Source: a bacterium
Lineage (GTDB): Bacteria > UBA8248
Length of the DNA: 64,000 nucleotides
Direction of reading: 5' to 3'
NCBI GenBank assembly: GCA_022828125.1
Contig: JAJEJD010000012.1
Span: forward strand, 193,309-257,308
The notes below the pieces were generated by a model. It did no database searches and had not been told where the DNA came from. It saw nothing but the letters and a program-made list of their open reading frames with translations. Position numbers and translations under genes: made by a program. This document shows positions 28,221 to 37,721 of the stretch, piece by piece (positions within the stretch are counted from its first letter, which is position 1; each line of letters opens with the position of its first letter).

Positions 28221-28455
28221 ATGAGGTAGTCACATCTTCATTGTAGGGGACGCATACATGCGTCCCTTCGCCTTTGGCCGCCCAACCCACGGGGCGCATA
28301 TATACGCCCCCTGCAAGTGCTCACCGGAACCATGTCCACCCCTTCCCCATCACACCAAAGGGCGGTATCATGCCCGCAAAAATCGAGACGCAATCTTTTA
28401 CCGGGGACTTTTCGCTTTCGGGGCGATCCGGGAGCGCCGCAGGGAGGAAACATCC

Positions 28456-29199
28456 ATGAAGCTAAAGGACAAGGTCGCCATCGTCACGGGCGGCTCGCAG
28501 GGAATCGGCGAGGCCATCTGCCGCCGCTTCGCGGAAGAGGGCGCCAAGGTCGCGGTCGTGAACCGCACGGCGGAAACGGGAGAGGCGCTCGCCGCCGAGA
28601 TCGGCGATGCGGCCAAAGCGTTTCCGTGCGACGTATCGAAGAAGTCGGCGGTGGACGCCATGGTGGCCGACGTGGTGAACGCGTTCGGCACGGTGGACAT
28701 CCTCGTCGGCAACCACGGCATCATGATCAACAAGGAACTCGAGGCCTATTCCGAGCAGGAGTGGGACGACATCATCGACATTAATCTCAAGGGCAACTTC
28801 CTGCTGTCGCAGGCCATCGTGCCCATCATGAAAGAGAAGAGCTACGGGAAGATCATCTTCATGGCCTCCATCGCCGCGACGCACGCCTTCCCGAACGCGG
28901 TGCCCTACTGCGCGAGCAAGGGCGGGGTCTACATGATCACGCGCGCGCTGGCGGCGGAGATATCGAAGTGCGGCATCAACGTGAACTGCATCTCGCCGGG
29001 CAACACGGCCACGCCGCTGAACCAGCACTTACAGGACGACCCCGAGTTCGTGAAGCTCATGGCGAGCTACACGCCCACGGGCCGGGCCTACATCACGACG
29101 GCGGAGATGGCGGGCGCTGCGGTGTTCCTGGCGTCTGACGACGCGAGCGCGGTGCACGGCCTCGATCTCATCGTCGACGACGGCTGGTGCGCGATCTGA
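28456..29199 (+). CDS. SDR family oxidoreductase
   Basis: VAIVTGGSQGIGEA, NHGI, YCASKGG Tyr/Lys catalytic motif. AGGGAGG RBS. The ORF track start at 28258 is rejected. Confidence 0.85.
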   Translation: MKLKDKVAIVTGGSQGIGEAICRRFAEEGAKVAVVNRTAETGEALAAEIGDAAKAFPCDVSKKSAVDAMVADVVNAFGTVDILVGNHGIMINKELEAYSEQEWDDIIDINLKGNFLLSQAIVPIMKEKSYGKIIFMASIAATHAFPNAVPYCASKGGVYMITRALAAEISKCGINVNCISPGNTATPLNQHLQDDPEFVKLMASYTPTGRAYITTAEMAGAAVFLASDDASAVHGLDLIVDDGWCAI

Positions 29200-29219
29200 T
29201 CGCGGGCTGAAAAACCGAT

Positions 29220-30116
29220 ATGCCAGGCGCGCTCAAGTCCATCACGACTCCCGCGCTCGAAATCGGCTATCTGGAGGCGGGCGATGAAACCGCGCCGCCC
29301 GTGGTTCTCGTCCACGGCTTTCCCGACGATGCACGGACTTGGGATCGTGTCGTCCCGATTCTCAACGACGCAGGCTTCAGGACGCTTTGCCCCTACGTGC
29401 GCGGCTACGGCCCGACGCGGTTCCTGGACCCCGCGACGCCCAGAAGCGCGCAATATACGGCCATCGCTTCCGACATCACCGCCTTCGCCGACGCGCTGGA
29501 ACTCGAGCGCTTCACCTTGGTGGGCCACGACTGGGGTGCGCGGGCTTCTTATTGCATAGCCGCCATGCGGCCTGCGCGGCTGGACGCCTTGATCGTCAGC
29601 CCCGCGGGCTACGGCACGGGACGCCCTCAGCAGCGGATGTCCGTCGATCAGGTGCGCGCGTACTGGTACCAGTGGTTTTTCTGCACCGAGCGCGGCCGCG
29701 ATGCGCTAAGAGAGGACGCCGCGGGTTTTTGCCGCGAACTCTGGCGTGTATGGTCCCCAGGCTGGGATTTCTCGGACGCGGAATATGAAGCCACCGCGCG
29801 GTCATTCCTGAACCCCGACTTCGTGGATATCGTCATGCACTCCTACCGCTACCGGTGGGGGTATGAAGAGCCGGACCCCGAGTTCCAAGACGCGGAGAGC
29901 TTCATGGCGGGCCTGCCGGACATCTCCGTGCCGACAGTTATCGTGCAAGGCGCTGAGGACGGCGCCTCGCGTCCCGAGAGTTCCGAGGGCAAGGAGCGGC
30001 ATTTCACGGGCGGCTACCATAGGATTCTCGTGGAGGGCGCGGGCCACTTCGCCCAGCGCGAGAAGCCCGAAGCCTTCGCCGCCGCGATCCTCGAAATGGC
30101 GAAAAAGGATGGATAG
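29220..30116 (+). CDS. alpha/beta hydrolase (epoxide hydrolase-like)
   Basis: VVLVHGFPDDARTW, GHDWGA nucleophile motif. Confidence 0.75.
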   Translation: MPGALKSITTPALEIGYLEAGDETAPPVVLVHGFPDDARTWDRVVPILNDAGFRTLCPYVRGYGPTRFLDPATPRSAQYTAIASDITAFADALELERFTLVGHDWGARASYCIAAMRPARLDALIVSPAGYGTGRPQQRMSVDQVRAYWYQWFFCTERGRDALREDAAGFCRELWRVWSPGWDFSDAEYEATARSFLNPDFVDIVMHSYRYRWGYEEPDPEFQDAESFMAGLPDISVPTVIVQGAEDGASRPESSEGKERHFTGGYHRILVEGAGHFAQREKPEAFAAAILEMAKKDG

Positions 30117-30119
30117 CGC

Positions 30120-31001
30120 GTGTCTTATACCTGCTATGTGAACGGCGAATACGTCGCCGCGGAAGAGGCCAAAGTCTCCGCCTTCGACCACGGGTTTCTC
30201 TACGGAGACGGCCTGTTCGAGTCCATGACGGTAACGAACCGGCGGATATTCAAGTTCTCGGAACACCTCGACCGCATGGAACGCTCCGCGCGCGCGCTCA
30301 AGCTCGAACTGCCCGAGACGCGCGAGCGAATCGCCGGGATCGTCAAGGAATGCGTCCGAAGATCCCAAGTGGACGACGTGTACCTCCGCGTCGTGGTCTC
30401 GCGGGGGGCGGGCTATCCCCTGCTCGACCCGAGAGTAACGGATAAGGCGACGCTCGCCGTGCTCCTGCACGACCCCGCCCCGCCCGCCGAGACGGGTTCG
30501 AGCTACAAGGCGAAAGGAGCGGGCCTTCGGCTCAAGACGGCGGGCGTCCGCAAGGTGCCTTCCGAATCGTTCGAGGCGCGCGTGAAATCGCTCAACTATC
30601 TCAACAACGTGATGGCGAGGATCGAAGCCGTGGAATCGGGTTTCGATGAGGCGGTTCTCTTGGATACCCGCGGTTTCGTGGCGGAAGCGCCGGGGGAGAA
30701 CGTCTTCATCGTGAAGGACGGCGCGCTCAAGACGCCGAAAGCCCATAACGTCCTCGACGGCATTACGCGGAAGGTCGTGCTCGAAATCGCGGAGCGCGAG
30801 GGGATTCCGGCGGAAGAGGCCGACTTGACACTCTACGACCTCTACACGGCGGATGAGTGCTTTCTCACCTCTTCTTTCAGCCGGGTGCACGCCGTGGCCG
30901 AGGTGGACGGGCGCCCGATTCCCGCCCCCGGCCCCGTCACGCAAAGGCTGCGCGCCGATATCCTGGAGATGGAAAGAACGCAGGGCGAGCCGATAGACTG
31001 A
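30120..31001 (+). CDS. class IV aminotransferase (branched-chain/D-amino acid aminotransferase fold)
   Basis: GTG start. FDHGFLYGDGLFE and the EAPGENVFIV pattern typical of fold-type IV PLP enzymes. Confidence 0.75.
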   Translation: MSYTCYVNGEYVAAEEAKVSAFDHGFLYGDGLFESMTVTNRRIFKFSEHLDRMERSARALKLELPETRERIAGIVKECVRRSQVDDVYLRVVVSRGAGYPLLDPRVTDKATLAVLLHDPAPPAETGSSYKAKGAGLRLKTAGVRKVPSESFEARVKSLNYLNNVMARIEAVESGFDEAVLLDTRGFVAEAPGENVFIVKDGALKTPKAHNVLDGITRKVVLEIAEREGIPAEEADLTLYDLYTADECFLTSSFSRVHAVAEVDGRPIPAPGPVTQRLRADILEMERTQGEPID

Positions 31002-31043
31002 CCGGCGCGAGCCGGGTTGTAACAATCAAGGAGAAAACTGAAA

Positions 31044-31379
31044 GTGGCGACGATGGAGGATTTCGACAGGCTGGACATCCGCCTGGGGCGCGTGGTCGAG
31101 GCGGCGGATTTCCCCGAGGCGAGGAAACCGGCTTATAAGCTCTGGATCGATTTCGGCGAGGAACTGGGGGTCAAGAAATCCTCCGCCCAGCTCACGGCGC
31201 TTTATTCCAAGGAAGAACTCCAGGGAAAACTCGTTCTCGCCGTGGTGAACTTCCCGCCGAGGCAGATCGGGCCCTTCATGTCCGAAGTCCTCACCCTCGG
31301 CGTGCCCGATGAGCGGGGCGAGGTGGTGCTCATCGCGCCGGATGATAGAGGTGCGGTGTTGGGCGGGCGGTTGTTTTAG
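31044..31379 (+). CDS. csaA: tRNA-binding protein, CsaA/YgjH family
   Basis: FDRLDIRLGRVVEA...KLWIDFGEE...KLVLAVVNFPPRQIGPFMSEVLTLG matches the CsaA/Myf domain pattern. Confidence 0.7.
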   Translation: MATMEDFDRLDIRLGRVVEAADFPEARKPAYKLWIDFGEELGVKKSSAQLTALYSKEELQGKLVLAVVNFPPRQIGPFMSEVLTLGVPDERGEVVLIAPDDRGAVLGGRLF

Positions 31380-31514
31380 GTCGGAGCGGGGCGAAGAGGG
31401 AGGTTTCGCCGTAGGGGCGGACCCGTGTGTCCGCCCGCATGTTGTTTTGATGGTGAACCCGTTTGTAGGGGTCGCATATGGGGTTGTAGAAAAAGCCTCC
31501 CTCCTCAGGGGATA

Positions 31515-31707
31515 AAGGCAACCCCCCCTACCCCCCCTTGTCAGGGGGGTAAGAAAAAGCAAAACCCCTTCCACCCGGCGGCGGGCAAGGAAAAGCAAAA
31601 TCCTCTCGGCCCGGCGGCGGGCGTCGTCTTTTTTTCATATCCCGTACTTGCCGGGGGGTCGGTCTTTTTTACCCCCCTGTTAAGGGGGGGTAGGGGGGGT
31701 TGCTTTT
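31515..31707. repeat. MITE-like element family R1, copy 2 (longer, with internal duplication)
   Basis: AAAGGCAACCCCCCCTACCCCCCCTTGTCAGGGGGG ... ACCCCCCTGTTAAGGGGGGGTAGGGGGGGTTGCTTTT. Confidence 0.8.
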
Positions 31708-31739
31708 CATGCAGGTAAGAGAGCAATCCAACTGAGTCC

Positions 31740-31767
31740 GTAGGGGCGGTTCGCGAACCGCCCCTAC
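31740..31767. repeat. perfect 28 bp palindrome GTAGGGGCGGTTCGCGAACCGCCCCTAC (family R3, GTAGGGG...CCCCTAC)
   Basis: Read directly. Related 28-mers GTAGGGGCGGACCCGTGTGTCCGCCCGC occur identically at 27789..27816 and 31411..31438. Confidence 0.85.
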
Positions 31768-31800
31768 AATTTCGTCCGCGCCGGAACCGAGACGGAACGC

Positions 31801-32694
31801 TTACGTCAAATCGGGCCGTTCGTCGTCCTGGTAGTGGGCCAGCCCCTTGGGGGCCGTGCCGTTGTTGCGCAGGACGTGCATGGGCGCGGGCGTGAGCGGC
31901 TTCCACTGGGTCTCTTCGGGGGGTTCGGGCCACTCGTGGGATAGATGCTTATAGGCGTTCGGTCCCCCGGCCGCTTCCAGATGCGCGCACACGTCGTCGC
32001 ACACCGCGCGCTGGCCAATTCTATCGCCCACGTCTCCGAGCATGCGCCCGAAGGGATACTGGATGAAGACCGCCCTCGGCACGCAGACCCTCTCCGACAC
32101 CTCGGGCTGGTTGCATATCGAGACGGTGGCGATTCCCAACTCTTCCAGTCTTCTCTGCAGCAGGCTCACGGACCGCATGCAGAGCGGTCAGACGGGGATG
32201 AGAAACGCCGCGTCCACGTCCTCGGCGTGCATCTTCTCGGCCATCAGGGGAGCCGTCTTCTTCAGCAGGGGATGGAAGTTGGGCGTGTAGCCCATCGTGG
32301 AGTAGAGGGTGTCGGCGAGCGCGCCGATCTTCCCCTCGCGCTCGTAGTCCAGGAAGATATCCACCGGGAACGAGACGTTCCTGTCCCGTTCCAGGTACTC
32401 GGTGTTGATGTGCAGGTGCGAGTATTCGCAGTCATCCTGCGCGGCCGTTTTCGGAATCTCGCGGTGGGTGGGGTCGCCCCAGTGCGGCTCGCGCCACTCG
32501 CGCTCGTAGTCGAATGAAACGTCTCCCTTCATGAAGATGCCCGCCGTGGAGACGAGGGTGACCTTGCATTCAGAGAGCGGCTTCGGCAGCGGCGTCCACG
32601 GCGTTTTGGCCGGATCGGCGGGCCGCATGGCGTCGATGCGCGTCCTGCTGCCGGGGTAATAAACGTATCCGTCTACTTCCGTGATCGGTGGCAT
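31801..32694 (-). CDS. protein with in-frame TGA (32188..32190) in a V-U-P-L-C motif; selenoprotein candidate, family unassigned
   Basis: ORFs 32188..32694 and 31801..32178 are in frame, with only TGA plus 3 codons (P-L-C) between them. Joined product is about 297 aa: ...AEDVDAAFLIPV-U-PLCMRSVSLLQRRLEELGIATV.... Confidence 0.5.
32153..32184 (-). promoter_or_regulatory. hairpin (7 bp stem CUCUGCA/UGCAGAG, GGUCC-containing loop) starting 3 nt 3' of the in-frame UGA; candidate SECIS
   Basis: mRNA reads UGACCGCUCUGCAUGCGGUCCGUGAGCCUGCUGCAGAG; inverted repeat read directly. Confidence 0.35.
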
Positions 32695-32715
32695 GAAGGG
32701 TTTGCTCCTTTGGGA

Positions 32716-33627
32716 TCAATAATTCGTATATAAAACGCATAAAAGCTGGTTCGCCAGTTCCGCGTTCCCCTCGACTTCGAGGCGGCCCGCGTCCTCCATG
32801 GCGCCGCGCTTCGCGCGCCCGTAGAGCAGGAGAAAGTGCGCCTCGCCGTCCGCGGTGATTATGGCGTCGTGCGCGCCGGACGTGTGGGCGGATTCCTCCG
32901 CCTTCTCGCCGGCGACGGTGATCGTCCACTCCCGGTCCGGCGTCTTCGAGCGGAACAGAAAGCGCCCGTCGAAGGGCGGGTTCTCGCGGACGCCGAAAAG
33001 ACGGCTCTGGCTCGCGGGGAGGAAGCTCATGACGCCCTCCAGGGCGTCTTCGGAGACGCCTGCCTCCGCGTCTTCCCCGTACCGGATGTCCCAGTCGTGC
33101 GCCACGAGTTCGACGAGGCGCAGCCCGATCCAGGCGTCGAGCCGCGTCAGCCCCCGGGGGTGAAAGCCGAGCTTGGCGATGTCGTCCGCCGTGACCTCCG
33201 CGAGCGTGTCGTTCACCCCGGCGGCCGAGGCGTCGAACGCGTCCATCATCTCATCGCGGGGCAGGGCCATGAGTTCATCGCCCCTGGCGGCGCGGATGGC
33301 GAAAAACTCCTTCACGTTGCTCCCGTAGGGGGGTTCGGGCGGCAGGCCCTCCAGGGCGCGGCGAATCGAGTTCGTGTAAAAATCCGCCCCCGTCGCCAGA
33401 TGGGAGACGGCGTGCTGCGCCTGCCAGCCGGGGCAGAACGTCTCCACCTCCCAGCGCGCGTCCGAAAAGCCGCGCCAGTAGGCCGAGAGACGCTCGGATT
33501 CGGATTTCACCAGGGCGACTCGGGAAAGTTGTTCTTCGGGACTCACGTGGACGCACCTCCGTCTCGCTGGATCGCGATATGTCTTTGAAGAAGAATTCCC
33601 CGCCCCATGAACGGGGAGAGACTTCAA
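32716..33627 (-). CDS. maleylpyruvate isomerase N-terminal domain (DinB_2/MDMPI-like) protein
   Basis: 303 aa ORF with weak similarity to the MDMPI_N-type helical bundle. Start uncertain (a GTG near 33555 is possible). Confidence 0.4.
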   Translation of the reverse strand: MKSLPVHGAGNSSSKTYRDPARRRCVHVSPEEQLSRVALVKSESERLSAYWRGFSDARWEVETFCPGWQAQHAVSHLATGADFYTNSIRRALEGLPPEPPYGSNVKEFFAIRAARGDELMALPRDEMMDAFDASAAGVNDTLAEVTADDIAKLGFHPRGLTRLDAWIGLRLVELVAHDWDIRYGEDAEAGVSEDALEGVMSFLPASQSRLFGVRENPPFDGRFLFRSKTPDREWTITVAGEKAEESAHTSGAHDAIITADGEAHFLLLYGRAKRGAMEDAGRLEVEGNAELANQLLCVLYTNY

Positions 33628-33760
33628 GTATCACGAAACCAGGGGCCGCTGGCAAGGGCCGCAAGCTGGCGGGGGGAGGGGGAGTTCTGCTAGGTTATGG
33701 CCTCGGTGCGAGGAGGCGGAATCTCTCATAAGCGCTCCTCTTTTCAGGAGACGGAAACCC

Positions 33761-35086
33761 ATGTCGCCACTGATGGTAGTCGCAGACGCCGGGGGCAACC
33801 TGTTCGAACACCCCGAGTTCGAGATGGTGGGCGCGCTCGGGGCCGAACCCGTGGCGCCCGAATCCTCTGAACTCTCGCCCCTCCCGGCGGGGAGCAAGTT
33901 CTTCACCATCCCCGACAGCGTTCCCGTCGGCGGCGACCCGGAAGAAGACGCGCTCGTGAGCGTGGAGGAAGCGAACTGGGGCGACGGCCCGGTTCTCCTG
34001 CAGGCCGCCTGCACGTTCCCCGCACCCGGCTGGATGCGCACCCTGCTCCCCTTCGCCGAGAGAACCCCCGGTGCGCCCGTCCTCCCCCTTTGGGCCTACA
34101 CGGCGCTCGGCTTCGATGAAGAGAGCGGCGAGTTCGTCTGCGCCGCCGTGCAGGTCGACGACTGCCCGCGCTGGGAACCCGAGCAGTACGACGACACGGG
34201 CCTCCCCGGACGAATCGAGCGGATGCGCGACGCCCACCCCGAAAACCGGATGATCCCCCACCTCGCGCGCTGCGCGCGGGAGTTCCACTGCTTTGCGGCG
34301 AAAAACTTCTTCGCGCGACGCTGGGAGATGGGCCTGCCCATCGCGCCGCTCTGCAACGCGGACTGCCGGGGGTGCATATCGCTCCAGACCGACGACCTCT
34401 TCCCGGCGAGCCACCGGCGCATCGAGATCGTCCCGACGCCGGAGGAGCTTTGCGAGATCGCCCTCCCCCATCTCGATGGCGCCGAGATGGCCGTCGCGAG
34501 CTTCGGCCAGGGCTGCGAGGGGGAGCCCTTGCTTCAGGCGGGCGTCATCGAGCGCGCCTGCCGACTCATCCGCGAGCGGACGGAGCGCGGCACCCTCCAC
34601 CTCAACACGAACGGCAGCCGCCCCGAATGGATGGACAGGCTGGCGGCGGCGGGTCTCGAAAGCATCCGGATCAGCACGAACAGCGCGACGCCCGAGTGGC
34701 ACGGCGCCTACTACCGGCCCGAGACGTATGATTTCTCCGACATGGAAGACTGCGTGAAGGCTGCCGTGGACGCAGGGCTGTATACGCAGATCAACTACCT
34801 GGTCTTCCCCGGCGTCACGGATTTAGAAGCCGAGGTCGAGGCGGCCCTCGCCTTCGCGGCGCGCACGGGCCTGCACGTAATCCAGATGAAGAACCTCTGC
34901 ATCGACCCCGCGCTCTACCTCGATACCCTGCCCGACATAGGCGACATGGGCGAGGCGATGGGCATGGCGCGTATGCTGGAGGTCTACCGCGAAGAACTGC
35001 CCGACGTGGCCATCCGCTATTTCAACCGCCCAAAAGAGGAATGGCACATCGACCCCAAGGGCTCGAAGGCCGGGGCCGCGCGATGA
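33761..35086 (+). CDS. radical SAM domain protein (CxxxCxxC = CNADCRGC), function unknown
   Basis: 441 aa with a single C-x3-C-x2-C cluster at about residue 195. Stop overlaps the rimO start by 4 bp. Confidence 0.6.
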   Translation: MSPLMVVADAGGNLFEHPEFEMVGALGAEPVAPESSELSPLPAGSKFFTIPDSVPVGGDPEEDALVSVEEANWGDGPVLLQAACTFPAPGWMRTLLPFAERTPGAPVLPLWAYTALGFDEESGEFVCAAVQVDDCPRWEPEQYDDTGLPGRIERMRDAHPENRMIPHLARCAREFHCFAAKNFFARRWEMGLPIAPLCNADCRGCISLQTDDLFPASHRRIEIVPTPEELCEIALPHLDGAEMAVASFGQGCEGEPLLQAGVIERACRLIRERTERGTLHLNTNGSRPEWMDRLAAAGLESIRISTNSATPEWHGAYYRPETYDFSDMEDCVKAAVDAGLYTQINYLVFPGVTDLEAEVEAALAFAARTGLHVIQMKNLCIDPALYLDTLPDIGDMGEAMGMARMLEVYREELPDVAIRYFNRPKEEWHIDPKGSKAGAAR

Positions 35087-36513
35087 GCGAGAACCTCCTG
35101 CAGATCCAGCCCATCTCCGAGATGCCCCTCGTGCGGCGGGACTCAGCCCCCCCTCTGGCGCCCGAAGCGCCCACCGCCGCGCTCATATCGCTCGGCTGCG
35201 CCAAGAACACGGTGGATTCCGAGATCATGCTCGCCGCTCTCGCGGGGGCCGGATACCGCCTCGTGAGCGACGCCGAGGACGCCCAGGTCGCCATCGTCAA
35301 CACGTGCGGCTTCATCGAGGACGCGAAGCGCGAATCCATCGATACGATTCTGGAAGTCGCCCAGCTCAAGGAGGCGGGCGACCTCGAAACCCTGGTCGTG
35401 GCGGGCTGTCTGGCCGAGCGCTACCGTGGGGAACTCGCACAGGGCCTGCCCGAGGTGGACCTGTTCATCGGAACGCGCGAGTACGACCAATTGCCCGCGC
35501 TCCTGAGCGGGGAGCGTGGCGGCGCGCGCGAGGCGTTCTCGGACACCCTGATGGACTACGGCAGGAGGCTGCCGCGCATCCTTGCCGAACCGGGGCCGAG
35601 CGCGTATCTCAAAGTCGCCGAGGGCTGCTCGCGGCCCTGCACCTTCTGCGTGATCCCCAGGTTCCGGGGGAGATTCCGCTCGCGCCCGCTCGACCTGGTG
35701 GTGGAAGAAGCGGGTGCGCTCGCCGAGGCGGGCGTACGCGAGGTGAACCTGCTCGCGCAGGAGATCACGAGCTACGGCGTCGACCTGGGACTCGGCTTCT
35801 CCCTCGCAAAATTGTTAGCGGAATTGAACGAGGTGGACGGCCTCGACTGGATCCGCGTGCTCTACAACTACCCGCGCGGGGTGACGGACGAGCTGCTCGA
35901 CGCCTACCGCGAATTGCCGAAGGTGTGCGAGTACATCGACATGCCGCTCCAGCACGTCGCCACGCCCGTGCTCGACGCCATGCGGCGCGGCATCGATGAA
36001 GAAGGAACGCGCGAACTCGTAGCGCGCATCAAGGAAAAAGTGCCCGGCTGCGCGCTCAGGACCACCATGCTCGTCGGCTTCCCGGGAGAGACGGATGCGG
36101 ATTTCGAACGCCTGCTCGACTTCGTCGAGGAGACGCGCTTCGCGCGGCTGGGCGGCTTCGTCTTCTCGCCCGAGGACCGCTCCATCGCGGCCAGGCTGCC
36201 CGATCAGGTGCCCGCCGAACTCGCGCGCGAGCGCATGGCGCGCCTGCTCGCGCTCCAGGAACGCATCATGGCCGAAGACAACGAAGCGCTCATCGGCCAG
36301 GAGACGCAGGTGCTCGTCGAGGGTCTCACGGGAGAGGGCCTGCTGCGCGGGCGTACGCGGCTCCAGGCCCCGGAAGTGGACGGCGAGGTCTTCCTGCACG
36401 AGACGGAGGCCGAGCCGGGTGAGATCATCGCGTGTGAGATCATCGGCACGGACGGCGTGGACCTCGTGGCGCGCGGCGTCGAGGCGGACGTAAGCACAGC
36501 ACCTGGGAGATGA
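35083..36513 (+). CDS. rimO: ribosomal protein S12 methylthiotransferase RimO
   Basis: MTTase N-domain (LISLGCAKNTVDSE), radical SAM CSRPCTFC, C-terminal TRAM domain (LLRGRTRLQAPEVDGEVFL). Confidence 0.8.
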   Translation: MSENLLQIQPISEMPLVRRDSAPPLAPEAPTAALISLGCAKNTVDSEIMLAALAGAGYRLVSDAEDAQVAIVNTCGFIEDAKRESIDTILEVAQLKEAGDLETLVVAGCLAERYRGELAQGLPEVDLFIGTREYDQLPALLSGERGGAREAFSDTLMDYGRRLPRILAEPGPSAYLKVAEGCSRPCTFCVIPRFRGRFRSRPLDLVVEEAGALAEAGVREVNLLAQEITSYGVDLGLGFSLAKLLAELNEVDGLDWIRVLYNYPRGVTDELLDAYRELPKVCEYIDMPLQHVATPVLDAMRRGIDEEGTRELVARIKEKVPGCALRTTMLVGFPGETDADFERLLDFVEETRFARLGGFVFSPEDRSIAARLPDQVPAELARERMARLLALQERIMAEDNEALIGQETQVLVEGLTGEGLLRGRTRLQAPEVDGEVFLHETEAEPGEIIACEIIGTDGVDLVARGVEADVSTAPGR

Positions 36514-36516
36514 GAG

Positions 36517-37341
36517 ATGAATGAAACATCCGGGTACGACCCCGAAGCCTTCAGGGAATTCGAGCGCACCGGCTGGAACGGCGCGGCGGGCGAATACGCC
36601 GATCTGTTCGGCGTCATCACCGCGCAGGCGGTCGGGTTGTTGCTCGACGCGGTGGACGCGCGCTTCGGGACGCGCCTGCTCGACCTCGCCTGCGGGACGG
36701 GCGTCGTCTCCGCGGGGGCGCTCATGCGCGGCTGCACGGTGGTGGGGGCGGATTTCGCCGACGACATGCTGGCCGAGGCCGCGCGCCGCTGGCCGGGGGC
36801 GGAGTTCCGGCACTGCGACGCGGAGGACATGCCCTTCGAAGACGAACGCTTCGACGCCGTGGCGAGCAACTTCGGCTTCCTGCACTTCCCTTACCCCGAG
36901 GTCGCACTGGCCGAGACGGCGCGGGTGCTCAAGTCCGGCGGAAAGCTCGCCTTCACCGCCTGGACGCACGACGCGGGGCACCGGTCGCTCATGGCGCGGG
37001 CCATCCAGGACCACGGCGACCCGGACGTCCCCCTCGTGGCCGGTCCGCCGGAGCCCTTCCTGGAAGACGACGAGAAATGCGCGCGCGTGATGGGGGCGGC
37101 GGGCTTCACCGCGCCCGCTATCGCTGACATCACCCTTTATATGGAAGCGGAGGAGCCGGCCCGGCTCATCGAGGTGTTCGAGAAGTCCACCGTGCGTACG
37201 GCCTCTCGCCTCGCCTCCCAGACGGCGGAAGCCAGAGAGAAGATACGCGAAGCGTTGGTCGGGATGCTGCGCGAGTACGAGAGCGACGGAACCATCGCGG
37301 TGCCCATGCAGGCGAGGCTCATCTCGGCGGAGAAGAAGTAG
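36517..37341 (+). CDS. class I SAM-dependent methyltransferase
   Basis: LLDLACGTGVVS motif I and the downstream LKSGGKLAF. Confidence 0.75.
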   Translation: MNETSGYDPEAFREFERTGWNGAAGEYADLFGVITAQAVGLLLDAVDARFGTRLLDLACGTGVVSAGALMRGCTVVGADFADDMLAEAARRWPGAEFRHCDAEDMPFEDERFDAVASNFGFLHFPYPEVALAETARVLKSGGKLAFTAWTHDAGHRSLMARAIQDHGDPDVPLVAGPPEPFLEDDEKCARVMGAAGFTAPAIADITLYMEAEEPARLIEVFEKSTVRTASRLASQTAEAREKIREALVGMLREYESDGTIAVPMQARLISAEKK

Positions 37342-37522
37342 GGAGGGGCCGCCCTCGGTATACGCGTGAGTTCAGGATCGTCATTCCGGCGATTCGGCAG
37401 GGGTAATGGTAGGGACAACCCTCCGTGGTTGTCCTTTGCGGGATAGTTGCCGTCAGGACAGGCACGGAGGCCTGTCCCTACGGGGCGTCCCTCGATACGG
37501 CCCTCGCCGACTTCTCTCGTCG

Positions 37523-37648
37523 AAAGGCACCCCCCCCTACCCCCCCTTGTCAGGGGGGTATAAAAAGGCGATGCGCCCCCGCCGGGTTGAGGGGGTTTTG
37601 ATTTTTCTTACCCCCCTGACAAGGGGGGGTAGGGGGGGTTGATTTTCA
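37523..37648. repeat. MITE-like element family R1, copy 3 (core inverted relative to copies 1, 5 and 6)
   Basis: Same roughly 36 bp TIRs. Its core TATAAAAAGGCGATGCGCCCCCGCCGGG is the reverse complement of the copy 1 and copy 5 core. Confidence 0.8.
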
Positions 37649-37721
37649 AGCGGAGAGGGGCGTCCCCTCTACCCCATGAAAAGGGGGCTTTTTCAATTAT
37701 CCCTACCTCGTCGGAATCGAC

